A stretch of 64,000 nt of DNA from Eutreptiella sp. 'Long Island Sound 2002' (lineage: Eukaryota; Protista; Euglenida), in assembly GCA_964036045.1 (NCBI GenBank), contig OZ038378.1, positions 142,848,001-142,912,000 of the forward strand, written 5' to 3'. A program made the translations under genes and the position numbers. Within the stretch, counting starts at the first letter, position 1. Each line of letters starts with the position of its first letter. Below the pieces are notes generated by a model, which saw nothing but the letters and a program-made list of their open reading frames with translations, did no database searches and was not told where the DNA came from. Shown here one piece after another: positions 54,144 through 64,000 of this stretch.

Positions 54144-56880
54144 GGGGATAAGCTAGAGCTGCCTCGTCACCCACAAGTAGGGGCTGTGGTAGGGACTTGG
54201 GCTGGGGCTGGGGCTAGGGCAGTTTCTGGGGTGGGGCTCGGGCTAGGGTTGGAGTTGTTTGGTTAGGGCTGCGGCCGGGGCCGAGGTTGGGGATGGGGCT
54301 AGGGTAGGGGTAGGGAGTGGGTCAAGGGTTGGGGCCGGAAACAGGGCTATGGCTAGGCCTCGGGCTGGTGGGTCGCTCGCTCTGTGGGTGGGATGCGTAA
54401 TTGAGTTCCGCCTCCCCTCCGAGTGCAGCGCGTCTCGGTATGCACCCTTTACTTCCGTGCTTTCATACCTTATTGCTACAACTCTGATTTCCGTGTTGCT
54501 TTCTTTCATTGATTCCCTTTGTGGGCGAAAGACCTAAGTCGTGCTGCTGCATTCGTCAATGCCCTCCGCGACCAACAGACGGATTGGGGTGCCCATGGGC
54601 CCTCGGCTGTGCTCCGAGTCCCACTCCACACCAACGGCCATCTTGGAGCCCGGCACTCCCAGCCCGTATACATACATGCAAAAAGTCTACTTAGTACTAC
54701 ATTCACAATGCCATACCTAGCATGAGTGAACCGTGGCTCAACGTGCCTCGTCAAACTCAAGATCATCACCCACTCCCCAAACTCCAACAGGTCAATGTGT
54801 TGGCCAATCCATCATCTCTTCTTGTACCCGTTGATGATCACCTGCTTAAACGGACACCCAACCATCTTGCTAAGATCCTTAGCGAGAAGCAGAACCAGGG
54901 TGGGTGCCCGAAACCATGTGTTATCATTATTGTGCTCCGGTCCATTGTACCCTTCTCCTTTTACCACCATTCCCCTTCTCCTCCCCTTGTTACTCATCAT
55001 CACGGCATCGGCCCTTTGATAGGCAGCCCGGGATGGACCAGTAGTGGCTGACAATGACAATGGTGTGTGCCAATGCCGTTGAAGGTATGGGATTTGCAGA
55101 ATCCATCTACCCGGCCCATTGTTGGTTTGTGGCAAGGGCAAGAAGTAGAAACGACGATTAAAGGAGAGGGCTGAAACTGAGTGTTTGTGTTCGGCATGAA
55201 TAGTGTTGGGCCATGCATACCGGGGAATTACCCGCGCGGAACATAAATGCGTCGCATTTGGGAGCCCACCGATGCAATCTCTGTGGGCCATTCGTCAACA
55301 ACACATGAATGGGCCGGCACAAACGTTGTCACCTCTGTGTACCCCGCTTGGCTAATGTGCATGGAACTTTGCAAAAGCTTGTGATGCCCCAAGAATACAC
55401 AATGGAATCATGACGTCTTGCATTGCCACCCATTGCGAGGCTAAGAGCCGTCATTTCGCCCACAAACACACTTAGGTTGTGTAGTCTCTTACATTTGACC
55501 CACTCGTCGGTGATGCGGCGAACGAAGTTCCCCGCGGGCTCCCATTGTTCCCCACCATGGCCTTGAAGCTTACCGCTCCACTTCATTACTTCATACCGCC
55601 CAGTATTGAACGCCGGGTGTCGAGTAATGCACTCAATGACCCATTGGTCGTCCTCAAGCTCACCCGAGTGTTTTGGAAGATTTGGTTTCACCTGGGTGCT
55701 ACTAAGCCCCGTGAGGACATCATTCGGTTACGAAACTTTGTACACTCTTTCCGCTCTTGGGATACATGCCAACCGCACATCAAACCGGCGCGGTAGATCG
55801 CAGGAAATGCACACGCGCTACTAGGGTAGAAAGGAACACCTGTTCACGGAGGGACGGAAGGGGAATCAGCTGCAGGAAAGGCAGATGCCGCCGCCACCAG
55901 CCCCCGTGAGAAAGGGGCAGACCCCTTGGCTGCAAACGTGGTTACCCTCCGACAGCCTGGGGTATGTGCCACCCACAACGCACCTGCCCTGGGACAAGCT
56001 AGAGCTGTCCCATCACCCACAAGTATGGGTTGTGGTAGGGACTAGGGCCGGGGCTGGGGCTTCGGTGCTTGCTGGGGAGGGGTTCGAGCTAGTCTTGCAG
56101 CTGTTGGGTGAGGTCTATGGTTGGGCGCGAGGTTGGGGCTAGGGCTAGGGTAGGGGTAGGGAGTGGGTCAAGGGTTGGGCATGGAAACTAGGCTAGGGCT
56201 AGGCCTCGGGCCGGTGGGTCGCTCGCTCTGTGGGTGGAATACGTACTTCAGGCCCGCCTACCCCCACGATTGCAGCGCGTCTCTACACCCATGCTTTACT
56301 TACGTACTTGCGTACCTTACTGTTACACCTCCGATGGTCGTGTTGCTTTCCTTCATTTCCTTCCTCTTGTGGGCAAACGACCTAAGTGGTGCTGCTACAT
56401 TCGTCAATGCCCTCCGCGACCAACCGACTAGCTGGGGTGCTCACGGGCCCCCGGCCGTGCTCCGAGTCCCACTCCGCACCAACAGCCACCTTGGATCCCC
56501 GTACTCCCAGCCCGTATACATGCATGCAAAAAGTCTGCATAGTACCACCCTTGTAATGCCAAATCTGGCACGCTTCAGCCGTAGCACAATGTGCCGCCTC
56601 AAAGTCAAGATCATCACCGACTCCCCAAACTCCAACAGGTCAATGTGTCGGCCAATCCGTCATCTTTTCTTGTACCCGTTGATGATCACCTACTTAAACG
56701 GACAACAAACTAGCTCGCTAAGGTCCATAGCGAGTAGCAGGACTAGGGTGGGCGCCCGAAACCATGTGTCATCATTATTGTGCTCCGTTGTAGGCTTCCC
56801 TTCTTCTTTTAGCACCATGCCCCCTCTCCTCCTTTCGTTACCCATCATCATGGCATTAGCCCTCTGATAAGCAGCCAGGG
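54144..56880 (-). mobile_element. Decayed element with an internally duplicated module (54144-55030 vs 56000-56880) around a PHD-like/chromodomain segment
   Basis: ga(t/c)aagctagagctg..cacccacaagta.ggg.tgtggtagggac at ~54146 and ~56001, each followed by a G-rich hexamer tract and homologous coding remnants (...HNNDxTWFRAPTLVLLLA...IDLLEFGE.VMIL.L.RH). Confidence 0.55.
55329..55850 (-). pseudogene. Chromodomain remnant preceded by a PHD-like Cys cluster
   Basis: DQWVIECITRH...GRYEVMKWSG...EQWEPAGNF...ITDEW fits the chromodomain consensus; upstream in the same frame, past one stop, is RVCISCDLPRRFDVRLAC. Confidence 0.6.
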
Positions 56881-57677
56881 CTGGCCCGGTAGTGGCTGGC
56901 ACGAGCGGTGTTCGAAGGTTGTGGCGCCTGGCAAGCGCACGCATCTTTTTTGCATCAGAATTCCTAACTGCGGTTTCATTGGTCACCTTCCCCGCGCCCC
57001 CCAATCCACGGTGTGACTTTAGGGTAGTCTTCGGTGCCCGCGGCATCGTTCGAACAAGATGCTAAGAAAAAAGTGGTTTCGGCCTGCCAACTCCTTGGCT
57101 TGGCACCCCATTTCCACCCTTGGCTGTGCCACATCCCCATCCGGACTACTACCGCCCTGCTTTGTGGCCACACCTTTGCCGTACCACAGGTACGCATCAC
57201 GGTTATAGCAGGAGGGTGAAGGACCTACAGAGCCCAATCCGGACCCACAGTTATCGCCTCCCCCAAAAGTGGACACCCTGGGCCTGCAATTGAAAAGACA
57301 AGTTGAGGGCCCCACATACAAGTAGTGACGCATTGTTAGTTATGTAGACTGTTACAGCGCAAATGTTCAAGTAGTGTTGTGTAGATTAATCGCAATGCAT
57401 GACATAGCGTTTCATAAGAGCCACTAACTATTTCGGGTATTGTCATGTGTGAGCCCAACAAACAGATTTCTTCGCTGCAAGCACATCACTTTCACCAACT
57501 AGCTACGCCATCTGCCGGTGCCTCCAGTGCCCCCCTGGGCACCTCCTTAGCCCAGCCCAATGCCCCCGGATTTTATGTGTAGACGTCCTGTGCCCCATTT
57601 CATTGAAACCGGAGCACCACCTCAGTCATCATGTCAACGGGAAAGGGCCATGTACGATGCGGGTATGAAATTCATTT

Positions 57678-57992
57678 CTATATTGCGGTCATTGCAGTCA
57701 CCACCTTCCGTTCCTTGAACTCCGTGTATGCATACGGACGCAGCGTGACAATGCGCGACTCGTGGACACTTGCACAAATTGATTCAAAGTTTGCTCTGCA
57801 CCACTGCATCCGGCCCATCTGTCCTAAATTGTCAATACGAATTGCATTGTGTCGCAGGTCTTCAAATCGGTGGCACACCATTGCAAGTATGCTGCCACAG
57901 AATGGCCCGAAGTCACAAACCAGACGCAATACACAACCTGGTACGTCCAACAAAGAGGAGAAAAGCATCAGCACCTGACAAGGGAAAGACAT
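57678..57992 (-). CDS. F-box-like small ORF, copy 2 (104 aa)
   Basis: SLLDVPGCVLRLVCDFGPFCGSILAMVCHRFEDL. Confidence 0.35.
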   Translation of the reverse strand: MSFPCQVLMLFSSLLDVPGCVLRLVCDFGPFCGSILAMVCHRFEDLRHNAIRIDNLGQMGRMQWCRANFESICASVHESRIVTLRPYAYTEFKERKVVTAMTAI

Positions 57993-60144
57993 GTGTGTAC
58001 ATCGTTGTTTCGGTGCTGTTCCAGCACAGTTGCAGCAAGATTTGTGCCTGTTGGATTTGCCTGTTGTTGGTTGTTGTCATGTGGTGTTGCGTGTTGGTTG
58101 TGGCAGCGGACAAAAGCGGCCCTCATATCCCCGTCGCTTTGCTCATCGCCAGCCGGGGCACTTTGCATCCATATGGCGAGCACTGGGAGAATCCATACTA
58201 GGATTCTTATGCATCTCCCTGAAAGCTAGTGATATCCCCCATTGGATCTTGCATTGCCCGCAGTTTCTTTCTCGTTGAACCTTCTCACTCTCGGTTGCGC
58301 TTTTCCGTTTGCCGTCACACCAAGTGCTACAACCCTGGTTGTTTTCAAAGAATTTGTTCCATTGTGCCCTGCCTTCTGGTCTTTTTCGTTTTTTCCCTCT
58401 TCACGAAAATTTATTGTATCCCCGTGCTTGTTTTGGAGAGCTGGTGAGCTTCTGTAATATGACATACAAGTGCGACAGTCCTCTTGATGATCGTGTTTGT
58501 TGCAACAAGTTTTACAGTTGCCAACCTCCTCGAAAAATTTATACCATTCATGTCTGTTTTTTGGTTTGTACCCTTTTGCGCGTTTCAGGTGGTTGGAATG
58601 TTGAGTTGTATCTATATCCGTGAACTGATTCTGGAATTCCGGGGATACCCTCCATTTTTCCAACCTGCCTCGACGAACATTGACTGGCATTTTTATTTTT
58701 TCAAATTAGGAAATTTTCGAATTGTGGTCAAGGTCACGTGCACTGTGATGTTTTGTTTGCGGGATTAAATTTTTGTTCATTTCAATTTTCTCTTTCACAG
58801 GGTCACCGATTACCAGTTCTTCAATCAATGCGGGGTCGTGCATAATAGGTACATTGTTCTTCCGCAGTATCCACGAACTTGCATCTGATGCTTCCACCCT
58901 TCCTTTACCCTTTTAAACGCGGTGGGGATTCCTACATACCACCGACGGTACCTAACAACACGCGGGATAACGGCGATACAGGCAACAATCACTTGGTATG
59001 TCACATCCATTTTGTCCTCGGCAATATCGGTGTACCTACATTGCGGAAGAAGGTCCACGGGTGTTGCAAAGGGGAACGCATTGCGGAAGGATAACTGGCC
59101 TAGTGGACCCCGGAGTAACGATGACCACTGCTCCCTCTCGCCACAGAGCTCCAATGCACGAAGAAGGAGCTCCGACACCATGGATCTGTCTCGCATCGAA
59201 CCATACAATTCTCTTAACGACCTGCGTCAAACTGATCCCTGATACCTTCCATGGTCGTCTCTCTATCCAACGGAAATTCCATGAAGTTTTCAAACCGAGT
59301 TGGCCAGTTCGCCCGCTCCCAAGCAAAATCGTCAGAGACCGTTCCCGCCCTCTGCACGATATCCCGTACAACAGGCGACTGTCCTGCACCTTGATGTGAA
59401 GGCATCAGGTTCCTCCCAATTTTGGGCATCTCAGTGTCTTCGGAAAGCCGCAACCGGGGTTTTATATTTTGAAACAACTCATTATTTTCCATTGGTCCGG
59501 TATCACGCGCGGATGTAGTGGCGCAGGGCACCCACATTTTTAAAGTGCAATGATTCTTGAGCCCTTCCTTTGGCCGTTATTGTGAATTTGCCGGGGCGGT
59601 TCTCTCGCTCAACAAGACCTTCACCAACGGCGTGGCGTAGTGCAAGATGAACACTGCGTTCAACGTCCCCGGGTAGCCAGATGTTCTTGGATCTGCTATA
59701 AATCAGGCGAACCTGCCATTCAATTTGGCGTTGTGTTACGGGTTGTTTTACCTCTCAGTAGTGCGCTCTGGCCTTACTTGATGCAGTGGACCGTCACGCG
59801 CCCAACATTCTACAGACAAAATGTCCAAGTTCAACCAACGACGAATGAGCGTGTGAAACCTTTACATGTTCCGAAGTGACGTTTTCTGTTCAAAATTTTG
59901 GATTTCTCTGCCCTAGTCAAAAATGCACCCTGCTTCACCTTTTCGTTCTCCCTCAACTGCTCCCGTAGAAACAGGTTGCATATTCTCCACTTTTCGCGCA
60001 TTGGTTCTCTGCATTCAGGCCACTTGTTCAGTGTTTCCTGCTTATATTTAATGTACTGTACTACACCAGTGCATTCAATCCACGCCGCTTCTTGCATGTG
60101 GATGTTCTGTTGTCTGCAACCATCTAATATTGCCAATTGCTCGC

Positions 60145-61289
60145 ATGGCGTTTTTGATTATGCGAATGCCTCAGCATGCATTGATCAAGGATGACGATGG
60201 AGGGTCGTTAATATACACAAAAAGAATGACACGCCTAAAATCCCAACCAAACCCAAAACTAAAAAATAAAGGCGATGTGTTTGGCTTTCAAAAACTGCCA
60301 CCTGTGCGCAGCAAAAAGGGCAAGATAGTGGATAACCCTGGGGTGCTCTACAACAAAACATTACACACTGATGGAGCTAGGTCGATATCACCACTGATCG
60401 GAAGCCACCAACAACAACAAGCCTTGTGGTAAGGAAAACACTTGAGAGAGGGACACCAGGGAAGATCACACATGTATTGGTTGTCGTCGATCGCCATGGC
60501 AAGGAGCACGATCTCGAGTACAATTACGAGGGTGTGCTACAGCGGCTCATACGCATACGGCATCAAAACATTGTTCGTGTCATCGCCTACGACCTGATTG
60601 GTGATAAGCTGCTGATATATTCACCCTACTACCACGGAGGTACACTGCAAAAGACTCTTTTGGCTCCAGACTTTCTGACACGAAGGAGCCTGGCGCATAT
60701 CGTTGTGGGTGGTTGGCAGGGGTTGATGTACATACACAAATCCATGCGTGTTTTGCATAACGACATTAATGCAGCCAACATATTCCTCCATCAGGAGACT
60801 AGCAGCAGCTCTGTCATTGGGTTGGTGGGAGATGTTGATGGCGCATTGCCTATAGTCCCAAAACAGGCCAACGAATATGTTTGTCACGATGCCGTGCAGT
60901 ACCTGCGGACACGGTGCCACGGCTCCCCGTTTCGTAATCACTATGACACCGGGCGGGATCTTGCGGCTATGTTGATGGTGACGGTGAGCGGTATATTACG
61001 CTGGGGTCACGGGGACGGTGATAAACAATTTGACTGGAAGACACATTGTGTCTCCAAGCTAGGACGACAACAGGATGTGCGAGTATGGGGCTACCACCTG
61101 CCCACGCCACATAGGAACCGTGGGGTGTACAATACGTATACGGAAAGCACCAGAGATCACGCACCCACAGACCTATTGCGTACTGAGCCGGTTCTGCACC
61201 CCATTGCAAAACTAGATAACAAAAACAGTTGGCCACCATACTACCAGGTGGTGGACAGCGCGGTGCATTGGCTGGGATCGTTGCTGTGA
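60145..61289 (+). pseudogene. Divergent protein kinase, copy 2 (frameshifted N-terminal part)
   Basis: HQNIVRVIAY, VLHNDINAANIFL and GDVDG; indels near 60355-60420 relative to copy 1. Confidence 0.8.
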
Positions 61290-61813
61290 TTTTACACGTG
61301 AAAAAAATCAAAAAAATTTTACGCTTCCCGAGTCCCTAAATTTGGCAACGCAATGTTTATAAAACCAGTAAGCCGCACACATAGTAGTACTAAGTGGAAA
61401 CGGTGGGTTGTAGGGTCAGACCCTTGGTTCAGTTGCAGTGCTGCATGACAGTTGGTTGTTTGGCTGTATAGCGAAATGACCCCAAGAGCTGTTACACTGT
61501 CCACTTGCTCCACTTGCATTCTGTTCGGTCATTCATTTCATACACAATCATTTGTTGCATGTGCCTAACGTGAAGTCCAATTTGACACTTTTCCCGGTAT
61601 TGACAATATTTCCCGCCTAAATGAAACCCAATCTGACACATTTCCCGGTATCTTCAGTGTTTCCCCCAATATACGGTCAACAGGCTCCATGCAGTTAATC
61701 ACTTTTGAGCTTTGTGTTACATGTGCACACCTCTCACTAGATTCTGTGTTTTGTCAGTTTTGTTTTTTCCACAGACTTCGTGACATTGTTATCGAGATGA
61801 CCTACTTAATGGT

Positions 61814-62416
61814 TTGATGGCAATATATGGTCAACAGTCTGAGGGAATGGCAAAGTTTCAATCATGGCTTGATTATGAGCTTGCACTTACCGCGGCAAAT
61901 CCCGGGATATCCACAAGAGCAGCGATCGGGAGCTTTTCTACATCCTGTACCAACCTTTGCCGCGAGTGTTACATTGAAGGGATATGCGGGGCATCTGATA
62001 AGGACATGTGTCTGACATTGGGAAGGAGGACTGCTGAAATTGGGCCCCGTGCAACAAGTTTCCTGCGGTGTTGACTAAAAGAATGTTGAATGTTTTTGGT
62101 TCCTGACGCCCATCATTGCTGGCCTAATTTCTGGCACCAAAAAGCCATATTGCGCCTGGATGACAGACGCATCTCAAAAATACACACTTTCCCAGCAAAA
62201 ATTGCAAAATTGGGTGACCATATGCCATTACATACTGTCTTTGGAGTGATTCTTTGCGGATTAAGAAAACATACAAATAGGGGGTCCGTCTCATCACTGC
62301 GTTATGCACTGAGCTTTCTGGATGCCTACCTGTTCCATGACAAGGGCTCACTATTGTCAGGGGACACAAGCAAAGGGACCGCAAAGATCATTCTCGATGA
62401 ACTCAGACACAAGAAC
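61814..62416 (+). pseudogene. N-terminal part of the tyrosine recombinase, copy 2
   Basis: Homologous to 50649-51251; stops near 62072; catalytic half absent because of the insertion at 62416. Confidence 0.8.
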
Positions 62417-62515
62417 CCCTGTTTGTCTTGCCCCCTTTTCGTTTACGAACAGGGGATCACTATTTCTGTGTGTGTACAGATTTGTTGAAAATTTATTGTG
62501 TTTTTGTGAAGCAGC

Positions 62516-63220
62516 ATGCAGGTCTTTCGCTCCCTGTTTAAGAGTGCGTCGTCTGGGGCCCCAGACCAAGGAGCTTCGGGCTCTGGAGCGGAAGCGCCGG
62601 TGCAAGACACCAGCCAGATGTCGCCTGAGGAGCTGCGCGCGTTGCTGCAGTCCCAGCAAGAGGCGATCGGGCACCTACAAGCACGGTTGGAGAGCCTGGC
62701 CGTCGCGGAGAGAAATTCAGTGCCGGACTTGACCGCAGAGGCAGTGGAGCAGATGCTGGGGGGCGACAAAGTAGCCAGTTGGATGCGCCAGTCCGGTGAG
62801 GCGCTGCGGGACTACGTTAGAAGCGCAAGTGCAGCACCGGCCAGGCCGTCCGACGTGATGGGCAATGCGTTGGAATTCCCGAGGGGCGACAGGCTGGCCT
62901 ACAGGATTTGGGGTATCATCCTTGACTCCCAGCAGGCGTACGCCCAGAGGTTCGCGCCGGAGTCCAGCAGTCGGGCGGACCCGTCCAACCCGCTGGATGC
63001 CATGAGCTGGCCAGATGCGGTCAAAAACGGGGGGCCATCCTTTAAGTATAAGGGCATCGACTTCGCTATGCGACAAGGCGTCCTTCATTGGATGACGAAG
63101 AAAGGAAGGTGGGTACCAATATCCGCCCGCCCGTCTGGCGACTGCCAGAGATGCGCCAAAGAGGGCGTCCCATCAGAGCAGTTGCGGCACTGGCATTTCC
63201 AGTGTCCACACTGGTCCTGA
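62516..63220 (+). CDS. Gag-like protein (234 aa)
   Basis: Coiled coil EELRALLQSQQEAIGHLQARLESLAV; C-terminal expanded knuckle CQRC-x11-HWHFQCP. Confidence 0.7.
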   Translation: MQVFRSLFKSASSGAPDQGASGSGAEAPVQDTSQMSPEELRALLQSQQEAIGHLQARLESLAVAERNSVPDLTAEAVEQMLGGDKVASWMRQSGEALRDYVRSASAAPARPSDVMGNALEFPRGDRLAYRIWGIILDSQQAYAQRFAPESSSRADPSNPLDAMSWPDAVKNGGPSFKYKGIDFAMRQGVLHWMTKKGRWVPISARPSGDCQRCAKEGVPSEQLRHWHFQCPHWS

Positions 63221-63361
63221 CGGGACTGTCGCCACTGCGAAAGGGCGGGGTGGGGATGGCCGTGTTGGTGTGAAGATTCCCAACCCGCGCGTCCAGTCCC
63301 CACCCGAGAGGCCTTACCTGCTGCCAGAGCGACCTTCAGCGCGGGGGCGGCGGGGTGGGCA

Positions 63362-64000
63362 ATGGCGATGGCGGCTGTTGGATCGTTTAGGGTGGCGGCC
63401 GTGGGCGTTCGGGGCTGGGCCCCAAAAACGCAAGCCCGATACCGTTCCGCCCTGTCCGCGGTGGCGAGGTATGAGGGAACCAAGGCTTTGCGGACGCCGC
63501 TTTCTGACACGTTATCTGACTTCTTGGCGTCAAGGGTCTCTGTGGGGCAGGCCAGATCCACCCTCAGGGGTTATGTGTCCGCGACTCGAGCGGCGGAAGA
63601 TATCAGGCTGCTCCCGGGCTGTGTTCAGGCCATCCACTGGAGACTTGCAAAGTCTGGAAAACCGACACCGGGACAGCCATACCTGGGACCGGAGGGTCTC
63701 AGCCTCCTGTGGGCCAGAGCGGCCTCACCGGTTGAACAGGCAGTGGCGGCGTTGGCGAACCTCAGTTGGCTTCTCTTCTTGCGGGTCTCTGAAGCGGTGT
63801 CCATCACGCCAGCGGGACTGGCAAGCGATTCCGTGGTCCTGTTCGTCACTACCAAGGTTGGAGGCCACAGGGAAGTGCGGCGCCCGCTTTATGAGTGGGG
63901 ACGCTCGTGGGTCCGGTTCCTTAGATCCTACGCCGCGGCAAGCTGCGTCCCGGAGGGTCAACCGTTGGTTAGGGGAGGGGTTGAGGCAGTGGAGAAGATC
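63362..64000 (+). CDS. Tyrosine recombinase (3'-partial; frame open from 63221)
   Basis: Manual translation: MAMAAVG...WAPKTQARYRSALSAV...STLRGYVSATRAAE...ALANLSWLLFLRVSEAVSI (catalytic R box)...FVTTKVGG (K)...; no stop to the window end. Confidence 0.85.
   Translation, partial: MAMAAVGSFRVAAVGVRGWAPKTQARYRSALSAVARYEGTKALRTPLSDTLSDFLASRVSVGQARSTLRGYVSATRAAEDIRLLPGCVQAIHWRLAKSGKPTPGQPYLGPEGLSLLWARAASPVEQAVAALANLSWLLFLRVSEAVSITPAGLASDSVVLFVTTKVGGHREVRRPLYEWGRSWVRFLRSYAAASCVPEGQPLVRGGVEAVEKI

Larger units (their letters stand above)
57691..62416. mobile_element. Tyrosine-recombinase/kinase cassette, copy 2 (truncated by the retroelement insertion)
   Basis: Colinear with 46518-51251 at roughly 90% identity by eye; homology ends abruptly at ...GACACAAGAAC (62416). 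Confidence 0.8.
62416..64000 (+). mobile_element. Tyrosine-recombinase retrotransposon with gag-YR order (VIPER/TATE-like), partial
   Basis: Sharp insertion junction; terminal hairpin; gag with a Zn knuckle followed directly by a YR ORF; both ORFs free of internal lesions. RT would lie beyond the window and is not seen. Confidence 0.7.

Noticed and set aside
56163-56867. 234-aa + strand ORF as a membrane protein gene
   Set aside because: It is the antisense reading of the decayed minus-strand module and is not preserved in the duplicate at 54.2-55.0 kb.

Overview
Eukaryotic genomic DNA, GC-rich with many poly-G/C tracts and GT-AG introns. The style suggests a euglenid or similar protist, but that is inference only. 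There are four zones. (1) 1-11.4 kb: a spliced + strand gene for a TPR-repeat protein, with at least 8 small exons in repeat-filled introns. The last exon seen ends at 11417 in a donor site (AGG|GTATGT) with no stop, and no further exon was recognised. (2) About 14.0-39.1 kb: a higher-order satellite with a ~2058-bp unit built from ~52-bp diverged monomers. It has about 10 full units plus diverged flanks, and five consecutive units carry an identical-length 402-bp foreign coding insert (unit 2460 bp). (3) About 39-62.4 kb: a nest of decayed mobile DNA. It includes two diverged copies of a lower-GC cassette (F-box-like ORF, Cys-rich ORF, protein kinase, ~600-aa phage-type tyrosine recombinase) that looks like an endogenous DNA-virus or YR-transposon remnant, plus a PHD-like/chromodomain remnant. 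(4) From ~62416 to the window end: an apparently intact tyrosine-recombinase retroelement with gag directly followed by YR (VIPER/TATE-like order), inserted into the second cassette copy. Its gag and YR are in the same frame, separated only by TGA-CGG plus a downstream stem, which suggests programmed stop-codon readthrough. The YR ORF is missing from the supplied ORF track because it runs off the window.
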